Origin: Actinomycetes bacterium
GTDB lineage: Bacteria > Actinomycetota > Acidimicrobiia > Acidimicrobiales > GCA-2861595
NCBI GenBank assembly: GCA_023264975.1
Contig: JAHFUS010000005.1
Location: forward strand, 10,771 to 74,770
DNA: 64,000 nt
Direction: 5' to 3'
A program made the position numbers and the translations under genes. The notes beneath the pieces were generated by a model. That model was not told the origin of the DNA. It did not search any database and was given only the letters and a program-made list of their open reading frames with translations. Positions 56,081 to 64,000 of the stretch are shown here, piece by piece. The first letter of the stretch is position 1, and each line of letters opens with the position of its first letter.

Positions 56081-57526
56081 CTACCGCTGCGCCACCGCCG
56101 GCGTCTGGCGCTCGAGGAAGTCGTAGACCTGGCTGACCTCCACGCCGGTGAACGACTCCGCCGGGAAGGTGGCGAGGATGTGCCCGTCGGCGCGGGCCAG
56201 CGGCCACGCCTGGCCCCGCCAGCGTGCGGCGAGCGCCTCGGGCGGGCGCCGGCAGCACTCGCCGTCGGGGCAGCGCGACACGGCCCGGTTGGTGGTCTCG
56301 TGGCCCCGGAACCAGCGGGCCTCCTTGGCCGTGGCGCCGATGGTGACCGCCGCCCGCCGCTCGACCTCCACCTGGGTGACGCACCAGTACTCTCCGGCCG
56401 GCGACGTCGTGTACTGGGCGTGCTCCGAGAACTGGTCGTGGGAGCTGAAGGCCTGGCGGGTGCCCCACATGCGGCACGCCCGCTGACCCTCGATGGCGCC
56501 GTCAGCGTCGGTCGGGAACGGCATGCCGTTGTTCTCGTAGGCCTTCCAGATGACGCCGTCCTCGTCGGCCCGCAGGAAGTGCACGGGCAGGTCGAGGTGG
56601 CGGGTGACCAGGTTGGTGAGGCGGTGGGCGGCCATCTCGTAGGAGATGTAGAAGACCTGCTTCAGGTCCTCCACCGACAGGTCGCGCCGGGCCTTGGCCC
56701 GCGACAGGAGCTCGACGGCGGGCCGCTCCGGCGCCAGCACGGCGCCCGCGAAGTAGTTCGCCTCCACCTGCTGGCGGAGGAAGTCCTCGAAGCTCCGGGC
56801 GTCGGTGTGGCCGAGAGCGAAGTGGCCGAGCGTCTGCAGCACCACCGAGCGCGCCGCTCGGGTGGGGAGGGCGTTGCGCTGGTGGATGTACAGCCGGCGG
56901 TGGCGCAGGTCGGTGACGGCCCGGGCCGACACTGGCAGGTCCTGCACCCGGTGGAGGCTGAAGCCGTAATGGGCCACCAGGTCGGTGAGCATCCGCTCGG
57001 CCACCGCTCCGCTGCCCTCGTAGCCCACGGCCTCCAGGGCGGCGGCGGCCTCCTGCTCGATCTCGGGGAAGTAGTTGTCCCGGCCCCGCATCTCGGCGCG
57101 TAGCTCGACGTTGGCCCTACGGGCCGCCTCGGGCGTGGACGTCTGCACCTGGGCCCGCCGGCGCAGGGCCTCGTACAGACCCACCACGTGCTCGAGGACG
57201 TTGTCCGGCAGGCCCGCGGCCGGCTTCAGCCACGGGAGGCCGAGCCCGCGGTAGAGGGGATCGTCCTGGGCGCGCTGCAGAGTCATCTCCAGCGAGGCGC
57301 GGCGATTGGGCGGTTCGCCCGACAAGAGGTCGGCGGGGGCCACGTCGAGCGCGCCCGCCAGCGCCTCGATGAGCGAGAGGCGGGGCTCCTTTCGCCCATT
57401 CTCCACAAGGGAGAGAAATGGCGCCGGCTTCCCAACCCGCGTCCCCAGTGCTTCGAGGGTGAGGCCGCGCTCACGGCGGAGGTGGCGGAGGCGCTGGCCG
57501 AACAGGAGCGTGTCGAGCTGAGGCAT
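56081..57526 (-). CDS. RamB/PrpR-like short-chain acyl-CoA-responsive regulator (XRE HTH + ImmA/IrrE-like + C-terminal Cys-rich domain)
   Basis: 481 aa. N-terminal [39 protein letters not shown]. Central LGHFALGH. C-terminal CPDGECC. Divergent from aceB-aceA, as ramB is in mycobacteria/corynebacteria. Confidence 0.82.
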   Translation of the reverse strand: MPQLDTLLFGQRLRHLRRERGLTLEALGTRVGKPAPFLSLVENGRKEPRLSLIEALAGALDVAPADLLSGEPPNRRASLEMTLQRAQDDPLYRGLGLPWLKPAAGLPDNVLEHVVGLYEALRRRAQVQTSTPEAARRANVELRAEMRGRDNYFPEIEQEAAAALEAVGYEGSGAVAERMLTDLVAHYGFSLHRVQDLPVSARAVTDLRHRRLYIHQRNALPTRAARSVVLQTLGHFALGHTDARSFEDFLRQQVEANYFAGAVLAPERPAVELLSRAKARRDLSVEDLKQVFYISYEMAAHRLTNLVTRHLDLPVHFLRADEDGVIWKAYENNGMPFPTDADGAIEGQRACRMWGTRQAFSSHDQFSEHAQYTTSPAGEYWCVTQVEVERRAAVTIGATAKEARWFRGHETTNRAVSRCPDGECCRRPPEALAARWRGQAWPLARADGHILATFPAESFTGVEVSQVYDFLERQTPAVAQR

Positions 57527-57645
57527 GGGAAAGTTCCCGTTTCTACGGTGGTTTCCGCAAATTTACCCAAAGTTATCGCACAACAAGGCTTGCATCGAGG
57601 GCAATCAAAACAAACACTGATTCTGCGACAACAGAGGAGGCCGAA

Positions 57646-59229
57646 TTGGCGGCGGAGGACGGGATAGCAATCCCAGGCGGAAGTCCCGACCCGGAGGTGC
57701 TCAGCCCGGAGGCGGTGGCCTTCGTGGCCCGCCTCCACCGGACTTTCGCCGGCCGGCGCCGCGGCCTCCTGGCGGCCCGGGCGGAGCGCCAGTCGCGCAT
57801 CGATGCGGGCGAGCGTCCCGACTTCGCCGCCGGCGGTGTGCGCGAGCGGGAGTGGGCCGTGGCGCCGGTCCCCAAGGACCTGGCCGACCGGCGGGTCGAG
57901 ATCACCGGGCCGACCGACCGCAAGATGATGATCAACGCCCTGAACTCCGGCGCCGCCGTCTTCATGGCCGACTTCGAGGACTCCCTGGCGCCCACGTGGG
58001 AGAACGTGGTGCTGGGGCAGCGCAACCTCCACGACGCGGTGAGGCGCACGATCGCGTTCGACGGCCCTGACGGCCGCCGCTACGAGCTGGGCGACGACGT
58101 GGCCACCCTCATGGTGCGGCCCCGGGGCTGGCACCTGGTGGAGAAGCACCTGCGCGTCGACGGCGAGGCCGTGTCGGCGTCCCTGTTCGACTTCGGCCTC
58201 GCCTTCTTCCACAACGCCCGGGCCCTGCTCGACCTCGGCTCGGGCCCGTACTTCTACCTGCCCAAGCTCGAGAACCGGAGCGAGGCGGCGTTGTGGAACG
58301 ACGTGTTCCTGGCCGCCCAGGAGGACCTGGGACTGGCGCCCGGCACTATCAAGGCCACCGTGCTGCTGGAGACGGTGCTTGCGGCCTTCGAGATCGACGA
58401 GATCCTTTACGAGCTGCGGGAGCACTCGGCGGGCATGAACGCCGGCCGGTGGGACTACATCTTCAGCGTCATCAAGAAGTTCCGCGCCTCGCCCGACTTC
58501 GTCCTGCCGGACCGCTCGCTGGTCTCGATGACCGTCCCGTTCATGCGGGCCTACACCGAGCTGCTCGTGCAGTCCTGCCACAGGCGGGGGGCGCACGCCA
58601 TCGGTGGCATGGCCGCCTTCATCCCCAACCGCCGCGACCCCGATGTCACCGGCACCGCGCTGGCCAGGGTCCGCGAGGACAAGCTGCGGGAGTCGGCTGA
58701 CGGCTTCGACGGCACGTGGGTGGCCCACCCCGACCTGGTGGCCGTCGCCATGGACGTCTTCGACGGCGTGCTGGGCGACCGGCCCAACCAGCTGGACCGG
58801 CTGCGGGAGGACGTGGCGGTGACGGCCTCCGACCTCCTCGCGGTCGGCCTCACGGAGGGAGCGGTGACCGAGGAGGGCGTGCGGGCCGACGTCGGCATCG
58901 GCATCCGCTACCTCGAGTCGTGGCTCCAGGGGGCTGGCGCGGCGGCCATCTACAACCTCATGGAGGACGCGGCCACGGCAGAGATCTGCCGGGCCCAGAT
59001 CTGGCAGTGGCAGCGCCACGGCGTGGCCCTCGACGATGGGCGTGTCGTAACGCCCGAGCTGGTGACCGGCATCGTCAACGACGAGATGACCCGGCTGCGC
59101 GATGCCCTCGGTGCGGCCAGATTCGACGGCGGCCGCTTCGGCGATGCCCGCCGCCTTTTCGAACGGGTGGCCCTCGATGACGGCTTCCCCGAGTTCCTGA
59201 CTCTTCCCGCCTATGAGGTGCTCGATTGA
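57646..59229 (+). CDS. aceB: Malate synthase A
   Basis: 527 aa. Blocks [18 protein letters not shown] and [22 protein letters not shown] start with GAGGAGG 5 nt upstream. Confidence 0.9.
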   Translation: MAAEDGIAIPGGSPDPEVLSPEAVAFVARLHRTFAGRRRGLLAARAERQSRIDAGERPDFAAGGVREREWAVAPVPKDLADRRVEITGPTDRKMMINALNSGAAVFMADFEDSLAPTWENVVLGQRNLHDAVRRTIAFDGPDGRRYELGDDVATLMVRPRGWHLVEKHLRVDGEAVSASLFDFGLAFFHNARALLDLGSGPYFYLPKLENRSEAALWNDVFLAAQEDLGLAPGTIKATVLLETVLAAFEIDEILYELREHSAGMNAGRWDYIFSVIKKFRASPDFVLPDRSLVSMTVPFMRAYTELLVQSCHRRGAHAIGGMAAFIPNRRDPDVTGTALARVREDKLRESADGFDGTWVAHPDLVAVAMDVFDGVLGDRPNQLDRLREDVAVTASDLLAVGLTEGAVTEEGVRADVGIGIRYLESWLQGAGAAAIYNLMEDAATAEICRAQIWQWQRHGVALDDGRVVTPELVTGIVNDEMTRLRDALGAARFDGGRFGDARRLFERVALDDGFPEFLTLPAYEVLD

Positions 59230-59277
59230 CATGTGGGCCCCGGAGGAGCGCGGTTACCAACCCAGCGGAGGACGAAA

Positions 59278-60636
59278 GTGACCAGCGACGACAGCGGAAT
59301 TGGCAGCGCCGGAGGCAACGGCAATGGCAACGGCAACGGCAACGGCAACCAGGGTTGGCACACCTCTGATCTCGAGAACGACTGGCGGGGCAACCCCCGC
59401 TGGATCGGCGTGCGGCGCGACTACACCGGCGCCGACGTCGTGCGTCTCCGCGGGTCCTTCCGGGCCGACCACCGCCAGGCGACGCTGAGCGCCAAGCGGC
59501 TGTGGCGCCTGCTGCACCAGCGGAACTACGTGCACGCACTCGGGGCCATGACCGGCGGCCAGGCCGTGCAGATGGTGCGGGCCGGCCTCGAGGCGATCTA
59601 TGTGAGCGGGTGGCAGGCGGCGGCCGACGCCAACCTGTCCGAGCAGGTCTATCCCGACCAGAGCCTGTACCCCGCCAACAGCGTCCCGTCCCTCGTGCGC
59701 CGCATCAACAACGCGCTGCTGCGGGCAGATCAGGTGGAGTGGTCCGAGGGTGAGGTGAGCCGGCATTGGCTGGCGCCGGTGGTAGCCGACGCCGAGGCCG
59801 GATTCGGCGGTCCGCTGAACGCTTATGAGCTCATGCGCTCGATGATCGAGGCCGGCGCCGCCGGCGTGCACTTCGAGGACCAGCTGGCGTCGGAGAAGAA
59901 GTGCGGGCACATGGGGGGCAAGGTGCTCATCCCCACCGCCCAGCATGTCCGAACCTTGATCTCGGCCCGCCTGGCGGCCGACGTCCTCGGCGTGCCCACC
60001 GTCATCGTGGCCCGCACCGACTCACTCGGCGCCTCCCTTGTCACCAGCGACGTCGATCCCCGAGACCACCCGTTCCTCACCGGCGGCCGCACGGCCGAGG
60101 GGTACTTCCACACCCGGCCGTGCAACGAGGCGGCCATCGCCCGGGGCCTGGCCTACGCGCCCTACTCGGACGCACTGTGGTGCGAGACCTCCATGCCCGA
60201 CCTCGACCAGGCGCGCCGATTCGCCGAGGCGATCCACGCCGAGTTCCCCGACAAGCTGCTCGCCTACAACTGCTCGCCGTCGTTCAACTGGAAGCGCCAC
60301 CTCGACGACGACACCATCGCCCGCTTCCAGAAGGAGCTGGGGGCGATGGGCTACCGCTTCCAGTTCATCACCCTCGCCGGCTTCCACGCCCTCAACGCCG
60401 CCATGTTCGAGCTGGCCTCGGAGTACGCGACCAAGGACATGACCGCCTACGTCGCCCTCCAGGAGCGGGAGTTCGAGCTGGAGGCCTCCGGCTACACCGC
60501 CACACGCCACCAGCGCGAAGTGGGCGCCGGCTACTTCGACGAGGTGGCCAAGGTCATCTCCGGCCGCGAGGCGGCGACGCTGGCCATGGTCGGATCCACC
60601 GAGGAGGCCCAATTCGAACAGGAGGGCACCGGCTGA
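59278..60636 (+). CDS. aceA: Isocitrate lyase with an N-terminal Gly-Asn repeat extension
   Basis: ORF 59233..60636. GTG 59278 is preceded by GGAGGA. ICL signature KKCGHMGGK. Blocks [11 protein letters not shown] and YVSGWQ. Confidence 0.93.
   Translation: MTSDDSGIGSAGGNGNGNGNGNGNQGWHTSDLENDWRGNPRWIGVRRDYTGADVVRLRGSFRADHRQATLSAKRLWRLLHQRNYVHALGAMTGGQAVQMVRAGLEAIYVSGWQAAADANLSEQVYPDQSLYPANSVPSLVRRINNALLRADQVEWSEGEVSRHWLAPVVADAEAGFGGPLNAYELMRSMIEAGAAGVHFEDQLASEKKCGHMGGKVLIPTAQHVRTLISARLAADVLGVPTVIVARTDSLGASLVTSDVDPRDHPFLTGGRTAEGYFHTRPCNEAAIARGLAYAPYSDALWCETSMPDLDQARRFAEAIHAEFPDKLLAYNCSPSFNWKRHLDDDTIARFQKELGAMGYRFQFITLAGFHALNAAMFELASEYATKDMTAYVALQEREFELEASGYTATRHQREVGAGYFDEVAKVISGREAATLAMVGSTEEAQFEQEGTG
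59314..59349 (+). repeat. Hexanucleotide microsatellite (GGCAAC)x6 (one GGCAAT) inside the aceA 5' end
   Basis: Read directly. Encodes GNGNGNGNGNGN. Confidence 0.95.
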
Positions 60637-60836
60637 TCATCCGAAGGGTGGGCGGGTGACCAACGGCGTGAGCAGTCGGCACTCGTGGTGGAGGGGCTCC
60701 TCGTCAGCTTCGTGCCCGAGGTCGGGCGCTGGCTTCCCGGTGGCGCCGTCCCCGCTCTCACCGGCGTGGCGACGGGGCTGGGAGGTCGTCGCCCTGCCGG
60801 CGATGCGCCCGCCGACCTCGGGCGGGGGGTCACCGG

Positions 60837-61256
60837 TCAGTCCGCGGTCCCGCGTTCCACGATCCACTCGTGCGGTTGGGCGGTGATCCCGGCGACCAGC
60901 TCGAAGTCGGCGTCGTAGTGCAGGACGGTCAGGTCCCGAGCCTCGGCCACGGCGGCGACAAGAGCGTCGACCAGCGACAACGCTCGGTGCTGGCCGCGGC
61001 CGGACAGCACTTCTTGGACATCGAGGCAGCGTCGGTGGTCCGCATCGGACAATGGAACCCAAGGGAATGCGCCGAGTCGCCCCATTACGGCGAGGTAGTC
61101 GTCGTAGCTCCGGGCCGAGTAGCCGAGCTCGAAGGCGACCGGTGCACAGAGTCCGACCCGCCCCGCCGCGGCGCGAGGAGCGAAGGCCGCTGCCACCACC
61201 GGCTTCGACAGCCGAGCGAAGACGCTCGTGTCCGCGAGGTACTGGAGGCCGCCCAT
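60837..61256 (-). CDS. vapC: Type II toxin, PIN-domain ribonuclease VapC
   Basis: 139 aa. Conserved acidic residues in LADTSV, ..DALVAAVA.. and ..HYDADFE.. . Sits 2 nt downstream of a small antitoxin gene. Confidence 0.85.
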   Translation of the reverse strand: MGGLQYLADTSVFARLSKPVVAAAFAPRAAAGRVGLCAPVAFELGYSARSYDDYLAVMGRLGAFPWVPLSDADHRRCLDVQEVLSGRGQHRALSLVDALVAAVAEARDLTVLHYDADFELVAGITAQPHEWIVERGTAD

Positions 61257-61258
61257 CT

Positions 61259-61465
61259 CTAGTCGCTTGCGCCCCAGGCGTTCTCGGCCGCCTCGAAGTC
61301 GAACCGGCCCTCCTCGCTGAGAAGCGCCACCAGCTCGAGACGACGCTTGGCGTGCACGACCTCCCTCATGGACGCGTCGATCGTCTCCCGCAGCGTGGTC
61401 GTGCCGAGGATGGCGGCAGCCTCGCGAGCGATATCTCGATCTATCTCCACCGATGTCTTGCTCAT
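61259..61465 (-). CDS. vapB: Type II antitoxin, VapB family
   Basis: C-terminal 68 aa of ORF 61259..61870 (MSKTSVEIDRDIAREAAAILGTTTLRETIDASMREVV..), typical of the small VapB antitoxin pattern. Confidence 0.75.
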   Translation of the reverse strand: MSKTSVEIDRDIAREAAAILGTTTLRETIDASMREVVHAKRRLELVALLSEEGRFDFEAAENAWGASD

Positions 61466-61697
61466 CGCCAGAGGATATCGCGCTTCGTCGGGCAGGCGCG
61501 TGTCATCGAGGGCGTCGAGGGCGGCTGGGCCGCCGACGGCGCGCTCGAGATGGCGCGGGCCACGCACAATAAGCGGCACAGGTTGTCGTCGGCGACGGGC
61601 ATGGTCGCAGACGTGTCTTGCAACGTCTGGCGTTGGCTGCCGCGGGTTGCTACGTGTCGGAGATCGCTTACTGTCACTCTCGAGGAGGTTGCGGTAC

Positions 61698-63188
61698 ATG
61701 CCATCAGGATTCTCACGCCGGCGTTTCCTCGCGATCGCCGGAGGCGGGTACGCCAGCATCGTCCTTGCCGGCTGCGGAAAGAGTGCCGGCCCGGTCTCGT
61801 CCACCAGGTCGGCGGTAGCGGCGGCCGAGCGGCGTCGGAGGAAGCCAGGGGCGTCTGTCACCGAGCTCACCCTGACGGCGGCGCCCTACACGCTCGATCT
61901 GGCGGGAACGCAGGTAAAGACGTGGGCGTACAACGGGGCGGTGCCGGGCCCGGAGGTGCGCCTCAAAGCGGGGGAGGTGCTGCGGGCCAGATTCGTCAAT
62001 GACCTGCCCGAGGAGGCGGTCGTCCACTGGCACGGCATCGCCCTGCGCAACGACATGGACGGGGTACCGGGCGTCACCCAGGAAGCGGTGACGCCGGGCA
62101 AGAGCTTCATGTACGAATTCACCGTGCCCGACCCGGGCAGCTACTGGTTCCACCCTCACAACGGCCTCCAGCTCGATCAGGGCCTTTACGTGCCCCTGAT
62201 CGTCGACGATCCGGCCGAGCCCGGCCGTTACGACCGGGAGTTCACTGTTGTACTCGACGACTGGGTGAGCGGCATCGGGCCCACCCCGGAGGAGACACTG
62301 AAGGAGCTGCAAGGTGGTGCCATGCAGATGGGAACGATGCAGATGGCGAGGAGCGAGCTACTCGGGGGCGATGCCGGCGACGTGATGTACCCGATGTTCT
62401 TGATGAACGGCCGGCCGCCCAACGACCCTCCCTCCTTTGACGCCAAGCCGGGGGAGCGCCTTCGACTCCGGCTCATCAACGCCGGGGCCGAGACCGCCTT
62501 CCGGGTGGCCCTCGGCGGCCATCAACTGACTGTCACCCACACGGACGGCCTCCCGGTCGAGCCGGTCACCGTCGACACCCTCCTGGTCGGGATGAGCGAG
62601 CGCTACGACGTCATCGTCACCGTGGCCGGCCCTGGGGCCTTCCCGTTGGCGGCCATGGCCGAGGGAAAAAGCGGCCAGTCGTTAGGGGTCGTGCGCTCCG
62701 GGCCGGGCGAAGCCCCGGGAGCCGATGCCCGCCCGGCCGAGTTCGACGGCCGCCTGCTCGAGATGAGTGAGCTACGGGCGGCAGCATCCGTCACCTTGCC
62801 CGCCCGCAGCGTCGATCGCACCTACAACCTCGAGTTGAACGCCGCCGCCGAGGGCTACCGGTGGATGATCAACGGCAAGTCGGTCCTCGACCACGAGGAG
62901 GTGAGGGAGCAGACCACCCCGCTCAAGGTTGCCCAGGGCGAGCGCATCCGGCTTGTGTTCGACAACAAGTCGACGATGTTCCACCCGATGCATCTGCACG
63001 GGCACTCGTTCCAGGTGGTTGCGGCCGACGGCGGCGCCGGGCCCCGCAAGGACAGCATGATCGTAAGGCCGAAGGAGCGGATCTCCGTCGACGTTGCCGC
63101 CGACAACCCCGGCCAGTGGCTATTGCACTGCCATAACGTCTACCACCAGGCATCGGGCATGGTCACCCTTCTCTCCTACGAGAGTTGA
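61698..63188 (+). CDS. Multicopper oxidase, Tat-exported lipoprotein
   Basis: In-frame part of ORF 61347..63188 from ATG 61698 (GAGGAGG upstream). Tat motif SRRRFLAIAGGG, lipobox LAGC, Cu ligands HWHG, WFHPH, HPMHLHGH, HCHNVYH. Confidence 0.9.
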   Translation: MPSGFSRRRFLAIAGGGYASIVLAGCGKSAGPVSSTRSAVAAAERRRRKPGASVTELTLTAAPYTLDLAGTQVKTWAYNGAVPGPEVRLKAGEVLRARFVNDLPEEAVVHWHGIALRNDMDGVPGVTQEAVTPGKSFMYEFTVPDPGSYWFHPHNGLQLDQGLYVPLIVDDPAEPGRYDREFTVVLDDWVSGIGPTPEETLKELQGGAMQMGTMQMARSELLGGDAGDVMYPMFLMNGRPPNDPPSFDAKPGERLRLRLINAGAETAFRVALGGHQLTVTHTDGLPVEPVTVDTLLVGMSERYDVIVTVAGPGAFPLAAMAEGKSGQSLGVVRSGPGEAPGADARPAEFDGRLLEMSELRAAASVTLPARSVDRTYNLELNAAAEGYRWMINGKSVLDHEEVREQTTPLKVAQGERIRLVFDNKSTMFHPMHLHGHSFQVVAADGGAGPRKDSMIVRPKERISVDVAADNPGQWLLHCHNVYHQASGMVTLLSYES

Positions 63189-63682
63189 CCCCGCCGCAGC
63201 TTGCTCCGGGGGCGCTCAGCCGGGGCCGTCGTCGTCGGGCGGGCCAATGGCGTACCGGGTGGCGGCGGCCAGGAAGACGAAGCTCCTGGGCGGCCCGTGA
63301 CCGGTGGGCCCTTCCCCCCCTGGAGCTGCGCCCGCGTCCGCCCGCCCGGCCCACCCCGTAGCCCCTTCGTCGTCGAAGGTGTCGTGCTCGCCCGTGTCGT
63401 CGCCGAACAACGAGTAGGTGTGACTGTGTTCGAACCAGACGCTGTTGGCCGGGGCCTCGGGCTCCGCTGGGGCCTGCTTGTGGCAGGCGGCCCGCTTGCG
63501 GCGCAGCGTGACCGAGCGAGGCGTCAGGGTCGCCGGGACCGGACCTCGGCGGGCGGAGCGGCGGCCTGTTGCCGGTCGGTTCAGCACGCGCTGCTCATCG
63601 GCCGCGGCGGTCCGAAATGAAGTGGCTGGCTCGGCAGATTCCCGGAATCGCCTCTCCGCCCAGCCGGTACGGGAAGAAAGGG

Positions 63683-64000
63683 CTATGTCGCTCGTTCTTC
63701 GCCCTCCGGTCGCTCGGCGGCCGACAACAGCACGCGGCGGGCGGCGGCCCGCCCCTGGGCCACGCATGCGGCGATGCCGACGCCTCTGTACGCGGCGCCG
63801 GCCACCGCCACGCCGGGAAGGTCCCGGGCGAGGGCCGCCTCGGCCTGTGCCACCTGGTCGAGGTGTCCGGGCCGGTACTGGGGAAAGGCCCGCTCCCACC
63901 TCGTGACCCGCACCACCCGGGGCGGGGCCACCAGGCCGACGGCGGCGGCCAGCTCGCGGTGGAGGCGGTCGGTCAGCTCGCCGTCGCCCAAAGCCATGGC
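63683..64000 (-). CDS. Protoporphyrinogen/coproporphyrinogen oxidase (HemY/CgoX-like), 3' part only (5' end beyond the window)
   Basis: ORF 63683..63997. The C-terminal pattern RVTRWERAFPQYRPGH...GVAVAGAAYRGVGIAACV is typical of HemY-type oxidases. The frame stays open to the window edge. Confidence 0.7.
   Translation of the reverse strand, partial: AMALGDGELTDRLHRELAAAVGLVAPPRVVRVTRWERAFPQYRPGHLDQVAQAEAALARDLPGVAVAGAAYRGVGIAACVAQGRAAARRVLLSAAERPEGEERAT

Noticed and set aside
59314-59349. (GGCAAC)6 repeat considered as a phase-variation (on/off) switch of aceA
   Set aside because: The unit length is a multiple of three, so slippage changes length but not frame.
60637-60836. 200-bp gap between aceA and vapC with ORFs 60637..61062(-) and 60656..60886(+)
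   Set aside because: Both overlap vapC or are Arg/Pro-rich, with no start context. They were treated as non-coding.
63216-63587. Possible 123-aa minus-strand CDS downstream of the hemY-like gene (..RRKRAACHKQAPAEPEAPANSVWFEHSHTYSLFGDDTGEHDTFDDEG...)
   Set aside because: Third-position GC looks coding-like. However, I recognise no family, the GTG start has no clear SD, and the N-terminus is Arg-rich. It is not the HemQ expected after hemY. Left unannotated; worth a BLASTP.

Overview
Very GC-rich (by eye about 70%, not computed), gene-dense chromosomal segment. The gene content looks actinobacterial, possibly Acidimicrobiia-like, but that taxonomy is inference. All coordinates were derived by hand from the sequence and the ORF track. 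I support about 55 protein-coding genes, one TPP riboswitch and several repeats or hairpins. I recognised no rRNA, tRNA, CRISPR array, transposase or prophage gene. Many long ORFs in the track are antisense 'shadow' ORFs typical of high-GC DNA, and many real genes carry spurious N-terminal extensions that I trimmed. Gene order: (1) lipoprotein, two ABC ATPases and an FtsX permease, divergent from an OmpR/HK two-component pair. (2) FAD oxidoreductase, GH38 alpha-mannosidase, cutA, selD, rnhB, an orphan amino-acid-binding protein, a DJ-1/PfpI protein, then TPP riboswitch-thiC. (3) A minus-strand glycine-reductase-type selenoprotein operon grdE-grdB-grdC-trx-grdA. grdB and grdA each contain one in-frame TGA (selenocysteine) that the ORF track splits. 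(4) Pro-rich membrane protein, 6TM-GAF-GGDEF cyclase, msrB, an HExxH protein and a 66-aa Cys-rich peptide. (5) A nitrate/nitrite assimilation operon narK-nirB-nirD-[4Fe-4S/DmsC-like fusion]-nasC-nnaR-like. (6) pyrE-like gene, SRPBCC protein, and a large S8 protease with Calx-beta and six 42-aa repeats. (7) A PHA/acetyl-CoA locus: phaJ-like, phaC, hbd, thiolase, aceE, hbd, then phasin-like, XRE and a second phaC. (8) S4-domain protein, DUF3516-type helicase, lipoprotein, ramB-like regulator divergent from aceB-aceA, vapBC, a Tat-lipoprotein multicopper oxidase and the 3' end of a protoporphyrinogen-oxidase-like gene. Most noteworthy: the Sec-dependent grd operon in this genomic context, apparently lacking grdD and trxB; the membrane-anchored Fe-S subunit inside the nitrate assimilation operon; the Cys-rich small protein; two long perfect intercistronic hairpins; and a leader motif shared by aceE and hbd.
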